Source: Candidatus Amarolinea dominans (GTDB taxonomy: Bacteria > Chloroflexota > Anaerolineae > SSC4 > Amarolineaceae). Taken from it: a DNA stretch of 64,000 nt. Each line of letters starts with the position of its first letter. Within the stretch, counting starts at the first letter, position 1. A program made the position numbers and the translations under genes. Below, one piece after another: positions 53,021-62,142 of this stretch. Where the stretch lies: assembly GCA_016719785.1 (NCBI GenBank), contig JADJYJ010000010.1, positions 1 to 64,000 of the forward strand. Direction: 5' to 3'. The notes below the pieces were generated by a model. That model ran no database searches. It was given only the letters and a program-made list of their open reading frames with translations, and was not told where the DNA came from.

Positions 53021-54403
53021 CTAATAGTCTAACGAAGAAAGAACGATGAAATCAGGCGTTGCTGAAAGCCCGGTTTGCACTCCAATGCTCAGCGAGAGAG
53101 TCCACACCCTCCTTAAATCAGTAACATAGATCAGTTGGGTGCCATCTGGAGACCAGGTCGCCAGCCATTCGTTGCTGGCGCTCGTAAAATTCGAGGTTAG
53201 ATGTTTCAGCTCGGTTCCTGTCCTATCGATAAGCCACAGGTCGGTAAGGGGTTGGGGCTCTTCATAATATCGAATTCCGGTAAATACAATCCAATTTCCA
53301 TCAGGAGACCAACGGGGAATCCCCGCGGTCACGTCAATGTCTCGCGTGAGTTGGGTTTGTCTGGATCCATCAGGGTTCATAATCCACAAGTTGTAAGGAT
53401 AATCAGGACCTGATCTCTCGCCTAACAGAGAGACATACAGAATCTTATCGCCATTAGGCGACCATTGTGGAAAGTACAGTTCCGGTGCCTGTGGTGACAC
53501 CAGCACAGGAACAGATCCTCCACCGTCTGCCTCAACGACCACCATCGTGGCAGACCGCCGAAAAACACTGTCCACCAAGACCAAACGCTGTCCACCGGGC
53601 GCCCAAGCGAAATTGACGGCTTTATGTTCATTTTCTCGATCAACCGGATAAATCTCGCCTCGATCCCCGGTCGCCACATCCACAATCCACAAGCCCTGAG
53701 TCCGAGTACTGTGATAGGCGATGCGCGCGCCGCCAGGAGACCAAACCGGTTCGATTCCACCCTGCACCAGCTGCCGCAAGATCCCCATTCGAAGATCGAA
53801 TAGATAGATGCTATATTCGGGTGCTTCACCTTTACTTAAGGATGTCCGACTTTCTACGTTGCTCAATACTAAGGCAAGTTGAGTTCCATCTGGTGACGGA
53901 TTGGCCCATGTGTCAACACCCATATCTTGGCTGGCTAAAAAGAGTGGCACTTGGGCGTGAACATCTATTAGCACGCGCTCGCTCGTACCATCATTGCGGA
54001 TAGCGCGAATAAGATTACCGGTACGAAAAGCAATCGTATACGATGCGGTCTGTCCCGGTGGCAGCGGAATGATGGGCGGTACCGCGGTGGGGATGCGGGT
54101 CACCACCGGCGTGGGCAGCCGCGTGGGCACAGGCGGAATGGTGGGCGTCGGTCGCCGGGTCGGTGGGGGCGGCTCGATCCACAGCGTGGGGACAGGCGTC
54201 GGTGTCTGGATAGGAGACTGGAATAGTGATACGATAGGTCCCGTTGTGCTGCTTGGCATCGCCTGCGGCTGCGCGACTTCAGTCAGCGGCTCTGGCGTGA
54301 CACTTGGCGGCCACCCGGGCCCGCAACTGGCTAACACAACCAGCAGACCGGCCAACAGCAGCGCCCCCAGTGCGATAGTCAATCTCATGTGCAACCCATT
54401 CAT
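53021..54403 (-). CDS. TolB-like WD40/PD40 beta-propeller lipoprotein with Pro/Thr-rich N-terminal linker (copy 1)
   Basis: LVVLASCG lipobox, PTPT linker, repeated WSPDG...I.F/Y blades (PD40 repeats). Confidence 0.75.
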   Translation of the reverse strand: MNGLHMRLTIALGALLLAGLLVVLASCGPGWPPSVTPEPLTEVAQPQAMPSSTTGPIVSLFQSPIQTPTPVPTLWIEPPPPTRRPTPTIPPVPTRLPTPVVTRIPTAVPPIIPLPPGQTASYTIAFRTGNLIRAIRNDGTSERVLIDVHAQVPLFLASQDMGVDTWANPSPDGTQLALVLSNVESRTSLSKGEAPEYSIYLFDLRMGILRQLVQGGIEPVWSPGGARIAYHSTRTQGLWIVDVATGDRGEIYPVDRENEHKAVNFAWAPGGQRLVLVDSVFRRSATMVVVEADGGGSVPVLVSPQAPELYFPQWSPNGDKILYVSLLGERSGPDYPYNLWIMNPDGSRQTQLTRDIDVTAGIPRWSPDGNWIVFTGIRYYEEPQPLTDLWLIDRTGTELKHLTSNFTSASNEWLATWSPDGTQLIYVTDLRRVWTLSLSIGVQTGLSATPDFIVLSSLDY

Positions 54404-54608
54404 GGCTTGTCCTCCTCAGGTCAGAGTGTCGCAAATCAATCGGTCGCCCAACCGGGCGGTTATGATGGGCGGCAGTTCCATCACACCCTAAAGTATAGCA
54501 CGGAGGTGGCTACAAACTGGCTACAAATGGGTGTTTTTAGGGGAAAAAATCAACGAGTTTTGGAGCAGTTTGGCGCCATGTCAAGGCTCGATGTGACGCG
54601 GCCGTTGC

Positions 54609-54637
54609 TTGACACTCATAAACATTTCGTTTATGAT
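54609..54637 (+). promoter_or_regulatory. Consensus sigma70-type promoter of higBA (TTGACA-17-TATGAT), giving a near-leaderless transcript
   Basis: cttgacactcataaacatttcgtttatgatat, with the -10 about 8 nt upstream of the GTG at 54645. Confidence 0.55.
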
Positions 54638-54644
54638 ATATCTT

Positions 54645-54926
54645 GTGATTCAATCATTCGCTGATGACGAAACGGAATACTTCTACACCACCGGCAGGTC
54701 ACGCCGTCTCCCAACCGAGATTCGCGCTCGTGCAGCGATGCGGCTCACACAACTGAATGCATCCACGCGCATCGAGGATCTACACCTACCACCGTCGAAC
54801 CGCTTAGAGGCACTGAGGCATGACCGCAGCGGACAGTGGAGCATCCGCATCAATGACCAGTGGCGGGTCTGTTTTCGTTTCGAGAATGGCGACGCTATTG
54901 ACGTCGAAATCGTTGATTATCACTGA
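54645..54926 (+). CDS. higB: HigB-type toxin (RelE/ParE superfamily, killer protein)
   Basis: (M)IQSFADDETEYFYTTGRSRRLPTEIRARAAMRLTQLNASTRIEDLHLPPSNRLEALRHDRSGQWSIRINDQWRVCFRFENGDAIDVEIVDYH matches the HigB consensus closely. Start assigned to GTG. Confidence 0.8.
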   Translation: MIQSFADDETEYFYTTGRSRRLPTEIRARAAMRLTQLNASTRIEDLHLPPSNRLEALRHDRSGQWSIRINDQWRVCFRFENGDAIDVEIVDYH

Positions 54927-54938
54927 GAAGAGGTTGTT

Positions 54939-55298
54939 ATGATCAGTAGTGGTTTGCCGCCCATTCACCCCGGCGAGTTTCTGCTTGAGATACTGCATGA
55001 ACTTGGCATTTCACAGGCACAGTTTGCGCGCGCCATTGGCGTATCGCCTATGCGCGTGTCGTATGTCGTCAATCGCACACGCCCGGTGACGGCGGAACTT
55101 GCACTGCTTTTCGGTCGCGCACTGGACCAATCGCCGCAATACTGGCTCAATCTACAAGCGGCTTACGACCTGAAGACTGCTGAGATAGCTATCGGCCAGC
55201 AGTTGCTGACCGTTGCCCAGTTGGCGCCTGCTAGACAGGCCAATACACCTGTTGGCTTGCGCGAAGGCCGTTCGCCAGCAGGGTGTCGGTGCGCGTGA
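54939..55298 (+). CDS. higA: HigA-type antitoxin (HTH_XRE)
   Basis: IHPGEFLLEILHELGISQAQFARAIGVSPMRVSYVVNRTRPVTAELALLFGRALDQSPQYWLNLQAAYDL. The ORF tail reads antisense through the truncated M23 copy, so the true C-terminus is probably near 55240. Confidence 0.8.
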   Translation: MISSGLPPIHPGEFLLEILHELGISQAQFARAIGVSPMRVSYVVNRTRPVTAELALLFGRALDQSPQYWLNLQAAYDLKTAEIAIGQQLLTVAQLAPARQANTPVGLREGRSPAGCRCA

Positions 55299-56697
55299 AG
55301 TCGGTCACACCGCCGCGGTTGATGTACGTGAGCTGCAGGCTGGCGGCTGCGGTGGTGGCGTTTTGCACCGTGAAGCGGGAATACTGGACGAAAGGCACGC
55401 CGCCGGTGACCGCATCCGGGTAGTAGACGGCATAGGGTAGGTACATCGCGGCGCTACCCGCGTCGAAAGCACTGTACGCAACCGCCGCGCTGCCATCCCC
55501 ATAATCGCCGCCGCTATAGCGATTCTCCACGATCACGGCCTGGTCCTGGCTGCTCACCGCCAGGCTGGAGCCCCGACAATAGAAGCAATAGTTGGAGAAG
55601 CGCACCTCCCTGGTGCCGTTGAGCGCAATGAAGTCGGTATTCTGTCGGTCTACCCCGTACTCATCGTCGGCGAGCAAGCTGGTGTTGACCTGGGCTACCT
55701 TCACCTGGCTGTTGTTGCGCACCAGGATGGTCGAGTTCCAGCCGTAGTAGTTGGATAGAACGTCCGGCAGATAAGCGGGATACAGTCCGATGAAGGTGGT
55801 TCGACCCGCCACAAAGGTGTGGTTGCCCAGGTCTTCATACAGGGCGCCGTTGGGATAGCGCGCATAGAGATGGTAGGTACCCGGTTGAACATCCGTAGTG
55901 CCAAAATTCTCCACAAGCAGGTCGTCCGCATTGGCCCAGGCGTAGGCATAGGTCTGTGCTGTCAGGAAATTGTGCGCCGGGTCCCCTTCCGCTGCCAGGG
56001 GCTTCTCCATTCCCCAGATCAGCTTGCCGCCAACAGGATTACCGTTGACATCGGTGAGTTTGCCTATCGCGCTGGTCGTCTGAACACCGCTATTATTGAA
56101 CGCTTCCAACCACAGCTCAGGATTGCGCGAGGTGTTTTGCGACCACTCCCAATCCTCTGGGTCAGTACGGTTGAGATCCGTGGAAAGATTGACCTGCAGG
56201 TGAAGATGAGAAAGGGTGCTATTACCCGTGCTATTGGACTGGGCAATTACCTGTCCGGCACTGACAGTATCATCAACATTGACGCTTATGCTGTTATACT
56301 TCAGATGCGCGTAGATTGAGTACACATAGGCCATTTGACCCACTGCACGATCGTAGTGCATTCGAGCATGCCGTATCATCACGTAGTTGCCAAATGCACC
56401 CTCTGTGTTTTGATTGTCACGCACATCCTCGTTAACGGCCATTACTCTTCCATCATCGGTAGACCGAACATTGGTACCTGTTCCATGCCGGAAGTCTACA
56501 CCTCTATGAACTTGGCCACCAGATTCTTCTCCATACAAGTAGACTTGATTGACGATGCCACCGTTATCAGTGATGGGCCTTCGGATAGAATAGGCAGCAT
56601 ATACGGTTATGACCATAAGAGCCGCAGTAACAGCAAGAATAAGCAAGCCATAGATGACGTAATGTCGTGGGTGAGAATGCTTGATCATAAGAATCAC
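55231..56697 (-). CDS. M23/LytM-family metallopeptidase paralog (copy 2), truncated at the 3' end by the higBA insertion
   Basis: Close to copy 1 through ...TRTDTLLANG, then 11 unrelated codons and a stop inside the higA region. It lacks the last about 300 aa of copy 1. Confidence 0.7.
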   Translation of the reverse strand: MILMIKHSHPRHYVIYGLLILAVTAALMVITVYAAYSIRRPITDNGGIVNQVYLYGEESGGQVHRGVDFRHGTGTNVRSTDDGRVMAVNEDVRDNQNTEGAFGNYVMIRHARMHYDRAVGQMAYVYSIYAHLKYNSISVNVDDTVSAGQVIAQSNSTGNSTLSHLHLQVNLSTDLNRTDPEDWEWSQNTSRNPELWLEAFNNSGVQTTSAIGKLTDVNGNPVGGKLIWGMEKPLAAEGDPAHNFLTAQTYAYAWANADDLLVENFGTTDVQPGTYHLYARYPNGALYEDLGNHTFVAGRTTFIGLYPAYLPDVLSNYYGWNSTILVRNNSQVKVAQVNTSLLADDEYGVDRQNTDFIALNGTREVRFSNYCFYCRGSSLAVSSQDQAVIVENRYSGGDYGDGSAAVAYSAFDAGSAAMYLPYAVYYPDAVTGGVPFVQYSRFTVQNATTAAASLQLTYINRGGVTDFTRTDTLLANGLRASQQVYWPV

Positions 56698-56768
56698 CTC
56701 TTGAATGAGAGCCTTGCATTGTCAGTGACTTCCACACAGGTTCTGATTGTGCGCCGATGAGTCGAAAT

Positions 56769-58142
56769 CTATCGCAAGAGAAGAAACGATACGACATCGT
56801 GATCCCAGGCTTGCCTGAGTGAACCGTCTCTGAGGGTCACATCCCAAATCCCGTCGCCTTCCCTGTAGAATACTATCCGCTGCCCATCCGGTGTCCAGAC
56901 TGGGTTCAGGTCAGTAGCAGGGTCATTATTCAGGCGTGCGAGTGCATTCCCATCATTGCTAATCAGCCAAAGGTCATATTGATAGGGTTCGCCTTCCAAT
57001 AGATTCGTTCCTGCAAAAGCAATCCAATTGCCATCCGGCGACCAGACTGGTGCGCCGCCGCCAGCGCTCATGTTTCGAGTCAACTGCCGCTGTACTCCGG
57101 TGTCTGCTTCGACAATCCAAATGCTAAGCGGTCGTCCGGGAGTTAGTCGTTCACCTTTCCTTGATCGGAACAAAACGTCCTTACCAGTAGGAGACCACTC
57201 GAGACCCAAGGCGTTCATCTCCATTGAAACTACTTGACGAGACTCGCCGCCATTGCCCACATTGACGATCCAAATACCCCCTACATTGGCGACACCGCCC
57301 CAGTTCTTCACCACGGCGATTCTCTGCGCATCGGGTGACCATGTGAACCAATCGGCCTGATGCTCGGTTTCGGGATAGCCTACAGCGAACAGTTCTTGAG
57401 TGTCCCCTGTGGCCACATCTACCACCCACAACCCCTGGGTTCGGGTGCTGCGATAGGCAATGCGAGCACCATCCGGTGACCACACCGGCTTGACGCCGTC
57501 TTCCACCAGCAATCGCAGGTCCCTGGTCGCCGGATCGAGGAGATAGATGGCGAATTCAACCTGTTTCCCCCTCGGTAACGTATCGAGGTTCTCGAAATCG
57601 CTTGCCACCAGCGCCAGTCGGCTGCCATCGGGCGCAGGACTGGCCCAGGTGCCCACCAGGAAGCTGCGGTCAACCAGAAAGCGCGATAATTGGGCAGGAA
57701 TGTCTATCACCACCCGGTCGTTGCGGCCGTCGCTGTCCACGGCTCGCACCACACTGCCCTCTCGATAGACGATGGTGTATGGTTCCGGCTCTCCCGGTGG
57801 CAGCGGAATGATGGGCGGCACCGCGGTAGGGATGCGGGTCACCACCGGCGTGGGCAGCCGCGTGGGCACAGGCGGAATGGTGGGCGTCGGTCGCCGGGTC
57901 GGTGGGGGCGGCTCGATCCACGGCGTGGGGATAGGCGTCGGCGTCTGGATAGGAGACTGGAATAGTGATACGATAGGTCCCGCTGTGCTGCTTGGCATCG
58001 CTTGCGGCTGCGCGACCTCAGTCAGCGGCTCTGGCGTGACACTTGGCGGCCACCCGGGCCCGCAACTGGCTAACACAACCAGCAGACCGGCCAACAGCAG
58101 CGCCCCCAGTGCGATAGTCAATCTCATGTGCAACCCATTCAT
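56769..58142 (-). CDS. TolB-like WD40/PD40 beta-propeller lipoprotein (copy 2)
   Basis: The first about 110 aa and the upstream 80 bp are identical to copy 1. The propeller is about 55% identical. Confidence 0.75.
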   Translation of the reverse strand: MNGLHMRLTIALGALLLAGLLVVLASCGPGWPPSVTPEPLTEVAQPQAMPSSTAGPIVSLFQSPIQTPTPIPTPWIEPPPPTRRPTPTIPPVPTRLPTPVVTRIPTAVPPIIPLPPGEPEPYTIVYREGSVVRAVDSDGRNDRVVIDIPAQLSRFLVDRSFLVGTWASPAPDGSRLALVASDFENLDTLPRGKQVEFAIYLLDPATRDLRLLVEDGVKPVWSPDGARIAYRSTRTQGLWVVDVATGDTQELFAVGYPETEHQADWFTWSPDAQRIAVVKNWGGVANVGGIWIVNVGNGGESRQVVSMEMNALGLEWSPTGKDVLFRSRKGERLTPGRPLSIWIVEADTGVQRQLTRNMSAGGGAPVWSPDGNWIAFAGTNLLEGEPYQYDLWLISNDGNALARLNNDPATDLNPVWTPDGQRIVFYREGDGIWDVTLRDGSLRQAWDHDVVSFLLLR

Positions 58143-58340
58143 GGCTTGTCCTCCTCAGATCAGAATGTCGCAAATCAATCGGTCGCCCAACCGGGCGGTT
58201 ATGATGGGCGGCAGTTCCATCATAACCTAACCCGGCCAAGCCGGGATCGAACAGGATGATCTCTGCCACGAATTTTCACGAATTGGCCCCTTTGCCTTCG
58301 TGAGCATGGTTCAGACGATCCAAGGTAATGCAACTGAATG

Positions 58341-58417
58341 CTATACTGCAAGCGGGAATAGACTTCGCTTTTCCGCCTAAGGAAAAAGGCGCAATTCGTG
58401 CCCGCTTGCAGTATATC
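58341..58417. repeat. Palindromic MITE/REP-like element copy B
   Basis: ctatactgcaagcgggaatagacttcgcttttccgcctaaggaaaaaggcgcaattcgtgcccgcttgcagtatatc. The ends and subterminal blocks match copy A at 16299-16385. Confidence 0.7.
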
Positions 58418-58718
58418 AGAAGTACAACTGCCAGGGGTAGATCATCCGATCCTCGGCGGGGCGCCCGTACAGCCCCACGACTCGATAATCCTCCACCTCA
58501 GCCACAGCATCACCGACGGCGGCGCCAGCAGCCTTCAGCAGGGGAGGTGTCCCATGCGGAAAAGTGAGCTTGGTCTCGATCAGTAGGGTGACTCCTGGCT
58601 GGCGCACGATAAAGTCAACCTCGCGCTTGTCGGTGGTCCGCCAGTAACCTACCTGCTGGCTGCCGTAGCGTTTGAGCAGTTCCGTGTAGACGCTGGTCTC
58701 GAAGACCGCTCCCACCAC
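58416..58718 (-). pseudogene. C-terminal remnant of a DUF4143-type (AAA-ATPase-associated) protein
   Basis: ...YWRTTDKREVDFIVRQPGVTLLIETK resembles the DUF4143 C-terminal domain. There is no N-terminal ATPase part. Confidence 0.4.
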
Positions 58719-58842
58719 TTTAATCCTATTTTTCTTAAAGTCAACTCTTATTTTTATATGATGCGAATCGGACAGGAACAGGTTGCGCCGTGGCGCCTTT
58801 TCGTGATAGAATAAGATGAGACAGGGGAAACATAATCAATCC

Positions 58843-59484
58843 ATGAATTCAATCGTCCCAACAACGCTCCTTTTCATCCGTCATGGCGAGACCGACGCCA
58901 ACGTCAACGGCCAGTTGGAAGGCGCCACCGACAGGCCGCTCAACGCCACCGGGCAGGCGCAAGCCCAAGCCCTGGCCGCCCGCCTGCTGAGCGAAAACCG
59001 GCCTATCCAGGTCATCTACAGCAGTTCGCTGACCCGCGCCCGGCAGACGGCCGCCGCCCTGGCTACGGCGCTCGGCGAACTGCCGGTGCAGGTTGACCCC
59101 GACTTGTCTGAGTATCGCTTGGGCGAGTGGGACGGCTTGACCTTGGAGGAACTGCGCGACGAGAAACAGATGTGGGTGCGCACGGCAAGCGACCCGCATT
59201 TTGCTCCGCCCGGCGGTGAGTCGGCCATGCAGTTCGGCTTGCGCCTCGTGCGCGCCGTGCGCGCCATCCTCAGCCGCCACCCAGGCCAGACCGTCGCCAT
59301 CTTCAGTCACGGCGGCGCCCTGGCCACCGTGCTGGCCCTGCTCCTGGAAAACCAGGGCAATCGCTGGCCTGGGTACCAGATGGACAACTGCGGTATCAGC
59401 GAGGTGGTGTTCGAACCGGCGCCGCGCCTCGTGCGCATGAATGATGTCGGTCATATCGGAGAAATGCTGAACGAGGAACGCTGA
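58843..59484 (+). CDS. Histidine phosphatase family protein (phosphoglycerate-mutase-like)
   Basis: LLFIRHGETDANV has the RHG catalytic His, and SHGGAL contains the second His. Confidence 0.75.
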   Translation: MNSIVPTTLLFIRHGETDANVNGQLEGATDRPLNATGQAQAQALAARLLSENRPIQVIYSSSLTRARQTAAALATALGELPVQVDPDLSEYRLGEWDGLTLEELRDEKQMWVRTASDPHFAPPGGESAMQFGLRLVRAVRAILSRHPGQTVAIFSHGGALATVLALLLENQGNRWPGYQMDNCGISEVVFEPAPRLVRMNDVGHIGEMLNEER

Positions 59485-59546
59485 ACGCTGCGGTCGCGCA
59501 AGGAGCGTTGGGCAAGCGGACTCTAACGCAAGGGCGCAAAGGTGCA

Positions 59547-59594
59547 GAGACGCAAGGGCTTTTTCTTGGCGCCCCGGCGCCCCGGCGTTAAAAT
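59547..59594. repeat. Intergenic GC-rich repeat related to the 43880-43952 element
   Basis: gagacgcaagggctttttcttggcgccccggcgccccggcgttaaaat. Confidence 0.65.
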
Positions 59595-59625
59595 CGGCAT
59601 CGCCCCTCGCGGCAGATGCCCCTCA

Positions 59626-60354
59626 TCAGGAAGTGGGCATTGGCGCGCGGCTTTTGCCGAGATAGGCCTCTACAATGGCTGGGTCTGCGCGTAACTGGGC
59701 GGCCGGCCCTTGCTGCACGATGTGCCCGCTCTCCAGGACATAGGCGTAGTCGGCGATCTGCAGAGCCTTGCGCGCGTTCTGTTCCACCAGGAGAATGGTT
59801 GCGCCTTGCGCTTTCAAATCGGCGATGATGCGGAAAATCTCCTGCACCAGCAGCGGCGCCAGCCCCAGCGACGGTTCATCCATCATCACCAGGCGTGGCC
59901 GCGCCATCAACGCGCGGCCGATGGCTAACATTTGCTGTTCGCCGCCGGAGAGCGAACCGGCCTCCTGGCGCCGCCGCTCACGCAGCCGCGGAAAGCGCTG
60001 AAAGGTCGCCTCCAGGTCGGCGTGAATGTGGGCGCGGTCACGCCGCCGGTTGGCGCCCAACAGCAGATTTTCTTCCACGCTCAGCGGCGCCAGGATTTGG
60101 CGGCCTTCGGGCACCTGCACCAGGCCCAGGGCAGCCACCCGATCCGCGCGCCAGCCTGTAATATCCTGCGCGTCGAACGTGATGCGGCCCTCGCGCGGGG
60201 CCAACAGCCCGCTGATCGTGTTCAGGGTGGTGGATTTGCCCGCGCCATTGGCGCCCACCAGCGCGACCACGCTGCCCTGTGCCACCGTGAATGTGATGCC
60301 CTTCAGCGCGGCAATCGCACCGTAGGCTGTCTGTAGATTCGTCACCGTGAGCAT
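59626..60354 (-). CDS. livF: Branched-chain amino acid ABC transporter ATP-binding protein
   Basis: Walker A GANGAGKST, signature LSGGEQQML. Start taken at MLTVTNL. The ORF is open to 60390. Confidence 0.85.
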   Translation of the reverse strand: MLTVTNLQTAYGAIAALKGITFTVAQGSVVALVGANGAGKSTTLNTISGLLAPREGRITFDAQDITGWRADRVAALGLVQVPEGRQILAPLSVEENLLLGANRRRDRAHIHADLEATFQRFPRLRERRRQEAGSLSGGEQQMLAIGRALMARPRLVMMDEPSLGLAPLLVQEIFRIIADLKAQGATILLVEQNARKALQIADYAYVLESGHIVQQGPAAQLRADPAIVEAYLGKSRAPMPTS

Positions 60355-60382
60355 GATCTCGCTACGCCTCGGTCTCTTTATT

Positions 60383-60433
60383 GCCTTCATTGGCCTTCAT
60401 TGACCTTCATTGGCCTTCATCGCCTTCATTGCC
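60383..60433. repeat. 9-bp tandem repeat (CCTTCATTG x about 5.5) spanning the livG stop / livF start junction
   Basis: ttgccttcattggccttcattgaccttcattggccttcatcgccttcattgccc. On the coding strand this is CAATGAAGG, giving an ATG plus GAAGG in each unit. Confidence 0.85.
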
Positions 60434-61195
60434 CAAATAGGCCTCGATGACGCGGGGGTCATGACGCACCTGGTCCGGCGTCCCGGCGGCGATGGTGCGG
60501 CCAAAGTTGAGCACCACCACCTGATCGCAGATGCTCATGATCAAATCCATGTGATGTTCGATGACCAACAGGGTCAGGCCGGCCGCGCGCAGTTCCAGCA
60601 GGAGATGCGCCAGTTGCTCAGTTTCCGCGGCGATCATGCCGGCCGCCGGTTCATCGAGCAGCAGCAGCCGTGGCTCCAGCGCCAGGGCGCGCGCCATTTC
60701 CACGCGGCGCTGATCACCATAGGAGAGCGCCCCGGCCGCGGCCGCCGCCAGGTGCTCCACGCGCAACCGGCGCAGGAGGCCCAGGGCGGCGGCCTGCGTC
60801 GCCTGCTCCGCGCGCCGGCTGCGCGGCAGACGCAGCAGCGTCTCGATGATGGCGCCCGGCTGGCGCAGGTGGTGGCCGACCATGACATTCTCCAGCACCG
60901 ACAGGTCGCCAAACAGGCGGATGTTCTGAAAGGTGCGGCCGATGCCACAACGGGCAATGTCATGCGCAGGCAGGCCGCTGATCACCGCGCCGTCGAAGGT
61001 GATGCGCCCGCTGTTGACCGGAGTCAGCCCGCTGATGATGTTGATGAGCGTGGTCTTGCCGGCTCCATTCGGCCCAATCAAACCACAAATGGCGCCGGCC
61101 ATGACATCGAAGGAGACATGATCGAGCGCGGTCAGGCCACCAAACTGGCGGCTGACATCGGCGACGCGCAGCAGCGTCTGGGTGCGATCAGGCAT
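60407..61195 (-). CDS. livG: Branched-chain amino acid ABC transporter ATP-binding protein
   Basis: Walker A GPNGAGKTT, signature LSYGDQRRVE. Confidence 0.85.
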   Translation of the reverse strand: MPDRTQTLLRVADVSRQFGGLTALDHVSFDVMAGAICGLIGPNGAGKTTLINIISGLTPVNSGRITFDGAVISGLPAHDIARCGIGRTFQNIRLFGDLSVLENVMVGHHLRQPGAIIETLLRLPRSRRAEQATQAAALGLLRRLRVEHLAAAAAGALSYGDQRRVEMARALALEPRLLLLDEPAAGMIAAETEQLAHLLLELRAAGLTLLVIEHHMDLIMSICDQVVVLNFGRTIAAGTPDQVRHDPRVIEAYLGNEGDEGQ

Positions 61196-61201
61196 GGCCC
61201 C

Positions 61202-62128
61202 TCACTCCTGCGCCGCGGCGGGCACGCGTGACCAGAAGCGCAGGCGGCGCCAAAAGTGTGGATCGGCCAGCCCGCGCGGCAAATAGATGATGGCCAGCAT
61301 GATGACCAAGCCGTTGATCACTTCGCGCTGCGCCCGCAAAAAACGCAGGGTCTCCGGCAGGGTTGACAGTAGAATGGCGCCCAGGATCGGGCCGGCCCAG
61401 TGGGTCATGCCGCCGAGCACCGCGTAGGCCAGAATGTCCACGGCGCGGCCGAAGACATAGTTGCGCGGATCAATCACGCGTACGATGGGGGTGCTCAAGG
61501 CGCCGGCGCCGGCGGCCAACGCCGCGCCGAGGACGAAGACGAGCAGCTTGTAGCGCACCACCTGGATGCCGAGGGTTGACGCGGCTGCTTCATCCAGGCG
61601 GATGGCGGCCATCAAGCGGCCGTAGCGTGAATGCTGCAGGGTGGCCAGCAGGTAAATGCAGGCCAGGACGTAGAGCAGGATCGGCCAGGTGGTGTGCGGC
61701 AGGCCGAGGATGATCTGTGGCGTGCGGTAGGTGAGGGTGATGCCTTCGGCGCCGTTGAAAATAGTCAGGTCGGGCTGGCCGCTGAAGGCGCGCAGCAGTT
61801 TGTCGCCATTGAGGGCGATAATGCGCACGATCTCGCCAAAGCCCAGGGTGGCAATCGCCAGGTAGATGTCGCGCAGGCGCAGGATGATCAAGCCGAAGGG
61901 TACGGCCAGCAGCACGCCGATGAGCATGGCCAGGGCCAGCCCGGCGCCCAGCGGCAGCCTCGTTTGCGTGGCGACGATGGCGGCCGTGTAGGCGCCGATC
62001 GCCATGAAGCCGGCATTGGACAGGGAGAGCAGGCCGGTTGCAAGGGTCAGGTAGATGCTCAGCCCCAGGGCGATGTTGATGAGGGTGAAGTTGACGAGGG
62101 AGATGTGGTTGCTGATGAACGCAGGCAT
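61202..62128 (-). CDS. livM: Branched-chain amino acid ABC transporter permease
   Basis: 8-10 TM helices. Position and size are canonical for LivM. Confidence 0.8.
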   Translation of the reverse strand: MPAFISNHISLVNFTLINIALGLSIYLTLATGLLSLSNAGFMAIGAYTAAIVATQTRLPLGAGLALAMLIGVLLAVPFGLIILRLRDIYLAIATLGFGEIVRIIALNGDKLLRAFSGQPDLTIFNGAEGITLTYRTPQIILGLPHTTWPILLYVLACIYLLATLQHSRYGRLMAAIRLDEAAASTLGIQVVRYKLLVFVLGAALAAGAGALSTPIVRVIDPRNYVFGRAVDILAYAVLGGMTHWAGPILGAILLSTLPETLRFLRAQREVINGLVIMLAIIYLPRGLADPHFWRRLRFWSRVPAAAQE

Positions 62129-62142
62129 GTCTCAACTCCTCA

